In this document: positions 35,614 through 47,089 of the stretch, in pieces
How the letters are laid out: every line of letters begins with the position of its first letter
Position numbering within the stretch: the first letter of the stretch is position 1
Source of the DNA: Myxococcota bacterium
Lineage (GTDB): Bacteria > Myxococcota_A > UBA9160 > UBA4427
Assembly (NCBI GenBank): GCA_036336835.1
Contig: JAYZFK010000042.1
Span: 1 to 47,647 of the forward strand
Reading direction: 5' to 3'
Length of the DNA stretch: 47,647 nucleotides
The notes under the pieces: generated by a model
What the model saw: only the letters and a program-made list of their open reading frames with translations
Database searches by the model: none
Told to the model about the DNA's origin: nothing
Made by a program: the position numbers and the translations under genes

Positions 35614-38444
35614 CGCGGCTTCCGCAGCCGGATCGCGGCCTGGGCCGCGGCCAGCCGCGCGAGCGGGACGCGGTAGGGGGAGCACGAGACGTAGTGGAGC
35701 CCCACGCGTGCGCAGAATTCGATGCTGCTGGGGTCGCCGCCGTGCTCGCCGCAGATCCCGAGCTTGATGTCGGGACGGGTTGCGCGCCCCTTGGCGGCCG
35801 CGATCTCGATCAGCTGCCCGATGCCCGCGGTGTCGATCGACACGAAGGGGTCGTGGTCGAGGATTCCGCATTCGATGTAGTCCGGCAGGAACTTGCCGGC
35901 ATCGTCGCGCGACAGCGCATAGCCCATCTGCGTCAGGTCGTTGGTGCCGAACGAGAAGAACTCTGCGCTCTCGGCGATCACATCGGCCGTCACCGCTGCT
36001 CTCGGGACCTCGATCATCGTCCCGATGACCGGCTTTACGCGCCCCAGGCGACCGTTGCCCCGCCTCGTACGCACCTGTGTGATCACCTCCTCGGCGTCCG
36101 CCCGCAGCCGCTCGAGCTCTCGCGGATGGGTGACCAGGGGCATCATGATCTCGGGCTTGACCGACACGCCCTCGGCCGCGACGTCACAGGCCGCCTCGGT
36201 GATCGCGCACACCTGCATGCGGTAGATCTCGGGGTACGTGATGCCGAGTCGGCAGCCCCGGTGTCCCAGCATCGGGTTGAATTCGCGGAGGTTCTCGATC
36301 ACCGCACGCAGCCGCGCTGGAGCCACGCCGAGCCCGCTCGCCACCTCCGCGATCTCCTGCTCCGTATGGGGCAGGAACTCATGCAGCGGTGGGTCGAGCA
36401 GCCGGATCGTAACCGGCAGCCCGTCCATGGCCCGGAAGATTCCGCTGAAGTCGCGGCGCTGCATCGGCAGCAGCTCCTCGAGCGCGCTCTCCCTCTCGAA
36501 GACCGTCTCAGCGAGGATCATCCGCCGGACCGCGAGGATCCGGTCCGGCTCGAAGAACATGTGCTCGGTGCGACACAGCCCGATTCCCTCGGCACCGAAC
36601 TCGCGGGCTCGCTTCGCGTCCTCGGGCGAATCGGCATTCGTGCGCACGCGCAGCTTGCGGAAACGGTCCGCCCACTTCATGAGCTCCTCGAACGCGCCGC
36701 CGAGCTTCGGGAGGATGGTGGCAACTGCACCGAGGCTCACTTCGCCGGTCGAACCGTCTATGGTGATTAGCTCCCCCTGGCGCACGACGCGATCGCCGAC
36801 CCGCATGCAGCCGGCCTCGTAGTCGATGTCGAGCGATCCGCATCCGGCCACGCAGCACTTGCCCATCCCACGCGCCACGACGGCGGCGTGCGACGTCGTG
36901 CCGCCGCGCGCAGTCAGGATGCCCTCGGCCGAGTGCATCCCGTGGATGTCGTCGGGCGAGGTCTCGATCCTCACCAGCACTACCTTCTCACCTGCCTTGG
37001 CCTGGGCCTCGGCGTCGCGCGCCGAGAACACGACATGGCCCACCGCGGCGCCCGGCGAGGCAGGCAACCCGCGCGTGAGCACGTCGCGCGGCGCGTCAGG
37101 GTCCAGCGTTGGGTGCAGCAGCTGATCGAGCGACGAGGCGTCGACGCGCAGCACCGCCTCTTCGCGCGTGATCAGGCGCTCACGCGCCATGTCGACGGCG
37201 ATCTTCACCGCGGCAGCCGTCGTGCGCTCGCCGCTGCGTGTCTGCAGCAGCCACAGCTCTCTATTCTGGATGGTGAACTCGATGTCCTGCATGTCGCGGT
37301 AGTGGCGCTCGAGCTTCTTGTAGATGCGCACGAGCCGCTTGTAGGGGCCCGGCATCTCGCTCTCGAGCGTCGGCAGCTCGGCCCTGTTCGGTGTGCGGCT
37401 GTCCTCGTTGATCGGCTGGGGGGTCCGGATCCCCGCCACCACGTCCTCGCCCTGCGCGTTCTTCAGGTACTCGCCGTAGAAGATCCTCCGGCCAGTCGAG
37501 GGATCGCGGGTGAACGCAACGCCCGTAGCGCAGTCGTCGCCCATGTTGCCGAACACCATGGCCTGGACGTTGACGGCGGTGCCCCAGGCGTCGGAGATGT
37601 CGTTCAGCCGCCGGTAGGTGATCGCGCGCTCATTGCCCCACGAGCCGAAGACCGCCCCGACGGCCCCCCACAGCTGCGCTACCGGATCCTGAGGGAAGGA
37701 GCTACCGGTGTGCTCCTCCACCAGCTCGTGATACTCGCGGACCAGTTCGCGCAACGCGGCGCCGTCCAGCTCGGTATCGAGCAGGCCGCCGCGCTTGCGC
37801 TTCGTGGCATCGAGCCGCTGCTCGAAAAGATCGTGCGGCACGCCGAGCACCACGTCGCCGTACATCTGGATGAAGCGGCGATAGGAATCGAAGGCGAACC
37901 GCTCGTCCGCCGAGGCCGCGAGCCCCTCGACGGTGCGTTCGTTGAGCCCGAGGTTGAGCACTGTGTCCATCATGCCGGGCATCGAGACGCGCGCACCCGA
38001 GCGGACCGAGACGAGGAGCGGCGCCTCGGAATCGCCGAAGCGTCGACCCATCACCCGTTCGACTCGCGCCAGCGCAGTCATCACGTCCGCCTGAACGCGC
38101 CTGGGCAGCTTGCCCGCGAGCCGGTTGTACTCGGTGCACACGGCCGTCGCGATGGTGAAGCCCGGCGGGACGGGAAGACCGAGGCGGCTCATCTCGGCGA
38201 GGTTCGCGCCCTTGCCTCCGAGCACCTCGCGCATGTCGGCATGGCCGTCGGCCGCGCCTCCGCCAAAGAAGTAGACCTGCCGGTCGGAGGCGGGCTTGCG
38301 CCGCCTGGTCGTCCGGGCCGCGGGTCGCTTCTTCGCGGACTTGGCTCTCGGCGTGCGCCGCGCGGCCGGCTTTCGACCCGGCTTCTTGCGCGCAGCCTTC
38401 TTTCGACTCGGCTTCTTGCGCGCGGCCTGCTTGCGCGCCGTCAA
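35610..38444 (-). CDS. ppdK: Pyruvate, phosphate dikinase with basic N-terminal tail
   Basis: LGGKGANLAEM, SVRSGARVSMPGMMDT, GGTTSHAAVVAR, GIGLCRTEHMF, FSFGTNDLTQ and GICGEHGGDP motifs; TTG overlaps the GlyRS stop with GGAGG SD. Confidence 0.96.
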   Translation of the reverse strand: MTARKQAARKKPSRKKAARKKPGRKPAARRTPRAKSAKKRPAARTTRRRKPASDRQVYFFGGGAADGHADMREVLGGKGANLAEMSRLGLPVPPGFTIATAVCTEYNRLAGKLPRRVQADVMTALARVERVMGRRFGDSEAPLLVSVRSGARVSMPGMMDTVLNLGLNERTVEGLAASADERFAFDSYRRFIQMYGDVVLGVPHDLFEQRLDATKRKRGGLLDTELDGAALRELVREYHELVEEHTGSSFPQDPVAQLWGAVGAVFGSWGNERAITYRRLNDISDAWGTAVNVQAMVFGNMGDDCATGVAFTRDPSTGRRIFYGEYLKNAQGEDVVAGIRTPQPINEDSRTPNRAELPTLESEMPGPYKRLVRIYKKLERHYRDMQDIEFTIQNRELWLLQTRSGERTTAAAVKIAVDMARERLITREEAVLRVDASSLDQLLHPTLDPDAPRDVLTRGLPASPGAAVGHVVFSARDAEAQAKAGEKVVLVRIETSPDDIHGMHSAEGILTARGGTTSHAAVVARGMGKCCVAGCGSLDIDYEAGCMRVGDRVVRQGELITIDGSTGEVSLGAVATILPKLGGAFEELMKWADRFRKLRVRTNADSPEDAKRAREFGAEGIGLCRTEHMFFEPDRILAVRRMILAETVFERESALEELLPMQRRDFSGIFRAMDGLPVTIRLLDPPLHEFLPHTEQEIAEVASGLGVAPARLRAVIENLREFNPMLGHRGCRLGITYPEIYRMQVCAITEAACDVAAEGVSVKPEIMMPLVTHPRELERLRADAEEVITQVRTRRGNGRLGRVKPVIGTMIEVPRAAVTADVIAESAEFFSFGTNDLTQMGYALSRDDAGKFLPDYIECGILDHDPFVSIDTAGIGQLIEIAAAKGRATRPDIKLGICGEHGGDPSSIEFCARVGLHYVSCSPYRVPLARLAAAQAAIRLRKPR

Positions 38445-39796
38445 GAGGCGACCTCCAGGGCGTCGCGCAGGTACCCGACCACCGCGTCGATCGCGACCCG
38501 GTCCTGCTCCATCGAGTCTCGCTGACGGACCGTCACCTTGCCGTCGTCGGTCGACTCGAAGTCGTAGGTCACGCACCAGGGCGTGCCGATCTCGTCCTGG
38601 CGCCGGTAGCGCCGGCCGATATTGCCGGCGTGGTCGTACTGGAGGCTGAAATGCCGGCGCAGCTCGCGCTCGAGCCCCTCGACCTGGGGCTGCAGCTTCT
38701 TCGACAGCGGCAGCAACGCCACCGTGATCGGCGCCAGCGCAGGGTGGAAGCGCATGACGACACGCTGGTCGCCCCCTTCGAGCGTCTCCTCGTCGTACGC
38801 ATCGACGAGAAGTGCCAGCGCCGTCCGGTCGATCCCGACCGACGTCTCGATGCACATCGGCGTGAACTTCTCCCTGGTCTCCTCATCCATGATCGAGAGA
38901 TCCTTGCCCGAGTACTCGCTGTGGCGCGACAAATCCCAGTCACCGCGATCGTGGATGCCCTCGATCTCCTGCCAGCCGAACGGGAACAGGAACTCGACGT
39001 CCATCGCCCGGGCACAGTAGTGTGCGAGTTCGTCGTCCCCATGCGGACGCACGCGCAGACTCGACTCGTCGAACCCCAGCTCCTTGTGGAAGCGCATTCG
39101 TTCCTCGAGCCAGTAGTCGAACCACCTCTCGCGCTCCGACGGATGGCAGAAGAACTCGAGCTCGGCCTGCTCGAACTCACGCGATCGGAAGGTGAAGTTG
39201 CGCGGCGTGATCTCATTGCGAAATGCCTTGCCGATCTGCGCGATGCCGAACGGCAGCCGCTGGCGGGCCGCTTCCCGCACGCGCTTGAAGTCGGTGAAGA
39301 TCGGTTGGCACGTCTCGGGTCGCAGGTAGGCGGTCTGGCCCGCTCCCTCCTGGGCGCCGATCTGGGTGGTCAGCATCAGGTTGAAGTTGCGAGCCTCGGT
39401 CAGATCGCAGTCGGGGATCCGACGCTTCTTCGGCGCCTCCGGGCACGGTTCCCCCTCGACCTGGTCCGCCCGGAAGCGCCGCTTGCAGGTCTTGCAGTCG
39501 ACCATCGGGTCGGTGAAGGACTCGACATGGCCGGATGCCTCCCAGGTCCGTGGGTGGGCGATGATGGCACTGTCGATGCCCTCGACGTCCGATCGGCCGC
39601 GGACCGTGAACTGCCACCAGCGGGATCGCAGGTTGCGCTTGAGCTCGGCGCCGAGCGGGCCGTAATCCCAGAATCCGTTGATTCCGCCGTAGATTTCGCT
39701 CGATTGGAAGAGGAATCCGCGCCGCGCGCACAGCGACACGAGCTTGTCCATCGCCACGGGGTTCGCGGCAGCGTCCGCAGCGGGTTCGGCAGTCAT
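38441..39796 (-). CDS. glyQS: Glycine--tRNA ligase, homodimeric alpha2 type
   Basis: EIYGG..GFWDYGPLG, YLRPET, AQIGKAFRNEITP, FRSREFEQ, EIEGI and IGRRYRRQDEIGTP motifs. Confidence 0.95.
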   Translation of the reverse strand: MTAEPAADAAANPVAMDKLVSLCARRGFLFQSSEIYGGINGFWDYGPLGAELKRNLRSRWWQFTVRGRSDVEGIDSAIIAHPRTWEASGHVESFTDPMVDCKTCKRRFRADQVEGEPCPEAPKKRRIPDCDLTEARNFNLMLTTQIGAQEGAGQTAYLRPETCQPIFTDFKRVREAARQRLPFGIAQIGKAFRNEITPRNFTFRSREFEQAELEFFCHPSERERWFDYWLEERMRFHKELGFDESSLRVRPHGDDELAHYCARAMDVEFLFPFGWQEIEGIHDRGDWDLSRHSEYSGKDLSIMDEETREKFTPMCIETSVGIDRTALALLVDAYDEETLEGGDQRVVMRFHPALAPITVALLPLSKKLQPQVEGLERELRRHFSLQYDHAGNIGRRYRRQDEIGTPWCVTYDFESTDDGKVTVRQRDSMEQDRVAIDAVVGYLRDALEVAS

Positions 39797-39879
39797 GGGA
39801 GTCGCCCGATCCGGGTCCGCCGGTGTGAGGGTTCAGGGTTGTGCGAGGCGGGCGAGTATTCCCCGTGGGCCGGGGTGGG

Positions 39880-40677
39880 TCAAGCAACCGCCGCAGCGCG
39901 CCGCGAGCCACGCAGTAGGCCGGCCAGCACGCGCTCGCTGCGCAGCTCGATACCCACATGGAAGCGCTGAAAGCGCGCGACGAGCTGCTGGGCTTCGGCC
40001 AGTGCCTCTCCTCCCAGTACCAGCCGCCCCAGACCGTCGAGAGGAAGCTCGAGGGCGCGATCGAGGCTGCGCAACGTTCCCAGCTGAACGCGCATCGTCC
40101 CCTCCTTGCCGAGCGAGCAGGTAGCGCACGAGACGCCCCCATCGGCGATCCGGAATTCCACCGCATCCCCCGCAGAGAGCGCCCCGCCGCAGCCCACACA
40201 GCGGCGTAGCTCAGGGCGCAGGCCCAGTGCAGCCAGCGCACGCAGCTCGAGCAGCGTCCACAGCTGCGCGTCCGGTTGCGCGGTCTCGACCAGGCGCAAC
40301 GCGGAGCGGGTGAATGCGTAGATGCGCTCGAGGTCGGCGGGAGCGCCTCCCTCGGGCGCCATCCGGTCGACCATCTCGAGCAGATAGCAGGCGAGCGCGA
40401 AGCGCGCGGGCTGCTCACGCAGGCCCAGGTACGGATGGACCAGCACCGCCTGGTCGAGCCGCGCCATCGATTGGCTCCGTCTCTGCTCGACCTGGACGCG
40501 CAGCAGATTGCACAGGTCGAGCGCGCCGGCGAAGCGCTTCACGCTGCGGCGCGCACCCTTGGCGATGGCGGTGAGTCGACCCGTGCGCGGGCACAGCAGG
40601 TGCACGATCCGGTCGGACTCGCCGAAGTCGACCGACCGCAACAGGATCGCCTCTGAACGAATCCGCCGATAGGCCAT
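39880..40677 (-). CDS. recO: DNA repair protein RecO
   Basis: DFGESDRIV, AKGARRSVKRF, C..C...C..C zinc, ELRS. Confidence 0.93.
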   Translation of the reverse strand: MAYRRIRSEAILLRSVDFGESDRIVHLLCPRTGRLTAIAKGARRSVKRFAGALDLCNLLRVQVEQRRSQSMARLDQAVLVHPYLGLREQPARFALACYLLEMVDRMAPEGGAPADLERIYAFTRSALRLVETAQPDAQLWTLLELRALAALGLRPELRRCVGCGGALSAGDAVEFRIADGGVSCATCSLGKEGTMRVQLGTLRSLDRALELPLDGLGRLVLGGEALAEAQQLVARFQRFHVGIELRSERVLAGLLRGSRRAAAVA

Positions 40678-40749
40678 TGGGAAAGTCTATCGTCCCCACG
40701 GTCGCGAGCGAACGCGCCCGCGACCCTGGTTCTAGGCTCTCGATGCGGG

Positions 40750-41289
40750 TCAGCGACGGGGCGGGGCCGAGACGTCTGGCAGTGGCAGCGGGCGGACGGC
40801 TTCGTGGCGTCGCTCGTCCGCTGCGGTCGCGCTGGGCGATGCGGCGTGCGCCTCGGCGAGCGCTCGAACTGGATCGCGGCGGATCACCACCTCGGGGGCG
40901 CTCGGGCCAGTCCAGAGTGCGGCGAGCAACAGCGCGGCCCCCGCGGCTGCGGCGACGAGTCCAACCCCGAACGCGAGCCAGGCGCGGGTCGAAAGTCCGA
41001 TGTGCACTTGAGGGACGCGCGGTGCACGGGGCTCGACCAGCATCCGCATCAGTGTGTCGTCGGGATCGAGGCCCAGCCCCAGCGAGACGGTGCGGACGAA
41101 ACCGCGGACGAAGCCGTCGGGATTGCGGTCGAAGGCACCTTCCTCGAGCCTCTCCAGGGAGCGGAGCGGAATGCGGGTGCGAGCAGAGAGATCCTGCAAC
41201 TCGATGCCGCGGATCATGCGCTGCGCCTTCAGGTAGTCACCGATCGAGAAGGTGTCCTGCTCGACCGCTGCCTGCTTGCCCTCGGGCAT
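40750..41289 (-). CDS. RodZ-like HTH membrane protein (short)
   Basis: IGDYLKAQR..LSARTRI..LEEG..FVRGFVR followed by one TM helix. Confidence 0.8.
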   Translation of the reverse strand: MPEGKQAAVEQDTFSIGDYLKAQRMIRGIELQDLSARTRIPLRSLERLEEGAFDRNPDGFVRGFVRTVSLGLGLDPDDTLMRMLVEPRAPRVPQVHIGLSTRAWLAFGVGLVAAAAGAALLLAALWTGPSAPEVVIRRDPVRALAEAHAASPSATAADERRHEAVRPLPLPDVSAPPRR

Positions 41290-41344
41290 CGCTCTCCCCG
41301 TTCGTCGCCTGCCGTCTGCCTTCGTCCCGCCCGGTCGCCCTCGC

Positions 41345-42136
41345 CTACCTCAGCAGTGCAAGGTATTCGCGCGACTGGCGGCCCCAGCGACCGTGGGGCG
41401 ATGCCTCGATTGCTTCCTCGAGATGGTGCAATGCGCGCTCCCGGTGTCCGAGCGAGACGTAGGCTTCCGCCATGCGGTAGTTGGCCTCCGCCACGGCTCC
41501 CGAGCCCGGGTCGAGCTCGCGCACCGCCTCAAGGTATCGGAGCGATGCCAGGCGATCGCCCTCGATCTGCTCGAGGATGCCGAGATTGAGCAGTGCTGGC
41601 CAGTAGCGGGGCCGATACTCCAGCGCCTCTTCGAGGCTCCTTCGCGCGAGCGTCAGCTGCCTCTGCTTGAGCTGGCCCCAGCCGCGATTGGTCAGCGCCC
41701 GCCACGGGGACGCGAACGTGGGATCGTCGACCAGCAGGTCGGCGTGGCTGACGGCCTCGCTGTAGCGACCCATGTGGAGGTTGATCACGGAGAGGTTGAG
41801 TCGCGCCTCGTGGCTCATCGGGTCGAGCTCGACGGCCCGCTCGGCGTGGACGAGGGAATCGTCGAGTCGCCCCTTGAGCAGATAGGCCTGGCCGAGCCAC
41901 ATATTGGTCAGCGCGTCGTCCGGGTAGACAGTCATGGCGTGCCGGAGGTCGCGAATGCCCAACGCGACACGGCCGTTGACGACATGGTCGATTCCGACGT
42001 TACGCGAAGCCTCGGCAGCCTCGGCCGGCTTCGGCTGGTTGGCGGCGGGCACGGAGACGCAGCCCAAGGTGAGCGACACGAGCCCCGCGAGACACAACGA
42101 AGCGAACGAACGAGTGTGCACGGCGTGATCTCCCAT
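41345..42136 (-). CDS. TPR lipoprotein, PilF/Tgl-like secretin pilotin (start may be GTG 42121)
   Basis: Lipobox TLG-C, tandem TPRs, DPTFASPWRALTNRGW; HTH-recO neighbourhood. Confidence 0.8.
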   Translation of the reverse strand: MGDHAVHTRSFASLCLAGLVSLTLGCVSVPAANQPKPAEAAEASRNVGIDHVVNGRVALGIRDLRHAMTVYPDDALTNMWLGQAYLLKGRLDDSLVHAERAVELDPMSHEARLNLSVINLHMGRYSEAVSHADLLVDDPTFASPWRALTNRGWGQLKQRQLTLARRSLEEALEYRPRYWPALLNLGILEQIEGDRLASLRYLEAVRELDPGSGAVAEANYRMAEAYVSLGHRERALHHLEEAIEASPHGRWGRQSREYLALLR

Positions 42137-42846
42137 TAGAAGCCTCCCAGCAGGCGCAGCAGCCCCGGTCTAGACGAACCCTCGCGCTCCCCCCCCAGGC
42201 AGCGGCGCAAGAGCGAAGTCCTGCCGCGAGCCGCTCCGCCATCCGACGGCGGCGCATCGACGCGTTCTGCCGGCGCGGGCAATGGGGGCTGGCGAACCTT
42301 GCCGAGCGGGCCCGCTCCGGTCTCCGAGACGACGGGGCTGGCCTCGGAGGCCGGCGGCGGCTCCGACGATTCCTCGAACACCGGCTCCACCGGCTCGGGC
42401 TGGAGCGGCACGGTCCGAGACCGCGTCGGCGGAGCCAGCTCGTCGAGCTCCTGCACCTGCTCGAGCTCGAGCGTGCCAGTCAGATCATTCCACAGACACA
42501 GCGCTCGAACCCGACGGTCATCGTCGCTGCTCGCGATGACATCGTCGTCGAACAGGAAGCCCATCCGCTCTGCGAAGCGGGTCGCGTCCTCGATCGCCCG
42601 TGCGGACCCCGGCTGCATATCAGGCGTTGCCCGGTACGAGAAGACGGCCACCTGCCGTGTCTCGATCGAACGCACGCCGACCGCCAGGCCGAGCGAGCCG
42701 CAGCCGCTGTCGAACAGCACGAGCGCGGCGCGTGCGGGCCCCACCGGCAGCTCGTCGATGTTGAGCACGGGGGTATTGAGCGAGATGCACAGGCCGTGGA
42801 TCCCGGCCTCACTGAGCAGCAGGGGCTCCGAACACAGATGGAACAT
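42136..42846 (-). CDS. Conserved hypothetical protein of the kind found upstream of myxobacterial tgl
   Basis: SLNTP, GPARA, FAERMGFLFDD, acidic/Pro linker and LLRLLGGF end; TAATG coupling. Confidence 0.65.
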   Translation of the reverse strand: MFHLCSEPLLLSEAGIHGLCISLNTPVLNIDELPVGPARAALVLFDSGCGSLGLAVGVRSIETRQVAVFSYRATPDMQPGSARAIEDATRFAERMGFLFDDDVIASSDDDRRVRALCLWNDLTGTLELEQVQELDELAPPTRSRTVPLQPEPVEPVFEESSEPPPASEASPVVSETGAGPLGKVRQPPLPAPAERVDAPPSDGGAARGRTSLLRRCLGGEREGSSRPGLLRLLGGF

Positions 42847-42855
42847 GGCCAGACC

Positions 42856-42882
42856 ATCGGCTGAGCGAGCTGCCGACTTGAG
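42856..42882 (-). promoter_or_regulatory. Putative sigma28-like promoter of the tgl-like operon
   Basis: CTCAAG-N15-GCCGAT(GG), 7 nt before the ATG. Confidence 0.55.
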
Positions 42883-43051
42883 CCTCTCCCCGGCGCAAGG
42901 CGGATCGCAAGCGCACGGCCTGCGTAGGCTTTCGGGGCACCCTCGGAGCGCCCATCGCCTACTTGGGGGGTGCGGCGAGGGCCTTTCGCGACCTATCCAG
43001 CGGGATACAATGGTCGGTCGGCAAGGCCAGTGAGCGGCTGGGAGAACACCG

Positions 43052-44928
<1,877 letters not shown>

Positions 44929-44929
<1 letters not shown>

Positions 44930-45951
44930 TGACCCGCCCCGCGCTCACCCGCAAGGACTTCGTCTCGGACCAGGACGTCCGTTGGTGCCCGGGCTGTGGA
45001 GACTACTCGGTCCTGGCCAACATCCAGCGCGTGATGCCCGAACTCGGCGTCGCGCGCGAGAACATCGTGTTCGTCTCGGGGATCGGCTGCGCGAGCCGCT
45101 TCCCCTACTACATGAACACCTACGGGTTCCATACGATCCACGGCCGCGCACCGTCGTTTGCCAGCGGCATCAAGGCGAGCAACCCGGACCTGTCCGTCTG
45201 GGTGGTGACCGGCGACGGCGACGGGCTGTCGATCGGCGGCAACCACCTGCTGCACACGATCCGCCGAAACTTCGATCTCCAGATCCTGCTCTTCAACAAC
45301 CGGATCTACGGCCTCACCAAGGGGCAGTACTCGCCGACCTCCGAGGTCGGCCTCAAGACCAAATCGACACCCAGCGGCTCGATCGATCATCCGGTCGATC
45401 CGATCTCCTTCGCGATCGGCGCTGGGGCGACCTTCGTGGCACGCACGATCGACGTCGACGCCGGGCACCTGCAGGAGACCATGCGACGAGCGCACGAGCA
45501 CAAGGGCACGGCCTTCATCGAGATCCTGCAGAACTGCCCCGTCTTCAACGACGCGACCTGGGGCGAGTTGCAGGACAAGAAGACGCGTGCGGCCAACGCG
45601 CTGGTGCTCGCGCAGGGCGAGCCGCTCGTCTTCGGCGGCCCGGGCGAGCGCAAGGGCATCCACCTACAAGGCGGGCACCCGTCGATCATCGATCTCGCCA
45701 GCGACGACGATCCGGTGGCGAAGGGTGTCGTCGTCCACGACGAGGCCACCCGCACCGCTGCCTATCCCTTCGCGCTCGCGAGCCTCGCGCGGCCGGACTT
45801 CCCGCTTCCAATCGGCGTGCTGCGCGCGATCGAGAAGGACTGCTACGAGGACATGCTGCAGGAGCAGATCGACTCGGCGGTGGCGCAACGCGGCGCCGGC
45901 GAGCTCGAGGCACTGCTGCACTCGGGAGACACCTGGCAGGTCGAGCCCTGA
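44929..45951 (+). CDS. korB: 2-oxoacid:ferredoxin oxidoreductase beta subunit
   Basis: WCPGCGD, SGIGC, HGRA, GDGD..IGGNH, YGLTKGQ.SPT and QNC motifs. Confidence 0.93.
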
Positions 45952-45961
45952 CCGGCCTGCC

Positions 45962-47029
45962 TCAGTCCCGGGCCGCCGGCGCGAAGTAGAGCGGCCCCAG
46001 TGTCTCGCGGTAGTGGGGCGTACTGAACTTCCACAGGAACGCCTCGATGAAGAAGTGGAACAGGAAGATGCCGTCGAGCGAGTGCACCAGCAGCCGCATC
46101 GGCAGGGTGGCTGCCTCCGGGTCCAGGTACAGGGTCGTGCGCTGGCCGAACCAGATGCCCCAGGCGACCGCCAGCAACCCCGCGTAGAACAGGATCGGGA
46201 CCTTGCCGAGCGCCCCGCGCAGGCGATCGACGCGGCTCGTGCGCTCGACCGGCGAGTGGAGCAAGCGGGGCATCATCACGACGTGATACTCGACGTAGTG
46301 CATCGCAAGCGCGATGTTCACGAACTCCGAGCGATAGACGACCAGAGCGCCCGCGATCGCCTGCAGGGTGAAGTAGACGAGCGGCACGCGGCCCACCCGC
46401 CCGACTCCCCGCCGAAGCGCGGCGGCATGCGCGCCGAACACGGTCGCGAACAGCACAGCGGTCAGCAGCGACGTCCCCACGACACCGAGCGAGCTGGCAT
46501 CGTAGGCTCCACCGCCAGCAAAGGTCATGAACTGCCCGAGAACCAACGCGATGAAGAACAGGTTCTCGAGCGAGCGCAGCGACTCTGCTCGGCTCGCCCG
46601 CGCATCGCGCTTGAATAGTTGCAATACGCCAAAGCTCTGGCGGGAAACGTGGAGAAAATTCACGAACATCACGAAATAGAACAGGAAGCCGTGCGCCAGG
46701 ACACCGAACTCGCCGAGGGGCACCACGGCAAGCACGTCCATGCCGACCAGGATTGCGATCGGGATCGCGAAGTAGATGATGCGGTTCTTCCGGCTCGACG
46801 CGAAGTAGCGCAGATTGCGACGGTCGAGATAGAGCAGCCCGGTGATCAAGAAGTGTGTGAGGCCGAAGGTCACACCGTAGAGTGGCAACAGCGGCTGGGT
46901 CGACTCCGTCCACGTCACGAGCGCAACCACGATCGGCACGGTCAGGAAGACGAAGGCGCCCAGCACGAGCGTCTGCACGCTCGCGCGAGAGAAATACGGA
47001 GGGTTCGCGGTCGGCGCAGCGCTCGTCAT
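45962..47029 (-). CDS. Polytopic membrane protein with four His motifs
   Basis: About 9-10 TMs; GLTHF, LHVSRQSFG, MHYVEYH and FHFFIEAFLWKF. Confidence 0.75.
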   Translation of the reverse strand: MTSAAPTANPPYFSRASVQTLVLGAFVFLTVPIVVALVTWTESTQPLLPLYGVTFGLTHFLITGLLYLDRRNLRYFASSRKNRIIYFAIPIAILVGMDVLAVVPLGEFGVLAHGFLFYFVMFVNFLHVSRQSFGVLQLFKRDARASRAESLRSLENLFFIALVLGQFMTFAGGGAYDASSLGVVGTSLLTAVLFATVFGAHAAALRRGVGRVGRVPLVYFTLQAIAGALVVYRSEFVNIALAMHYVEYHVVMMPRLLHSPVERTSRVDRLRGALGKVPILFYAGLLAVAWGIWFGQRTTLYLDPEAATLPMRLLVHSLDGIFLFHFFIEAFLWKFSTPHYRETLGPLYFAPAARD

Positions 47030-47089
47030 CCGGGACGTAGAGTAGCCCGGCAGCGTCGTGCGAGTCGGAGCTCTCCGCGCGTCGGGCGG

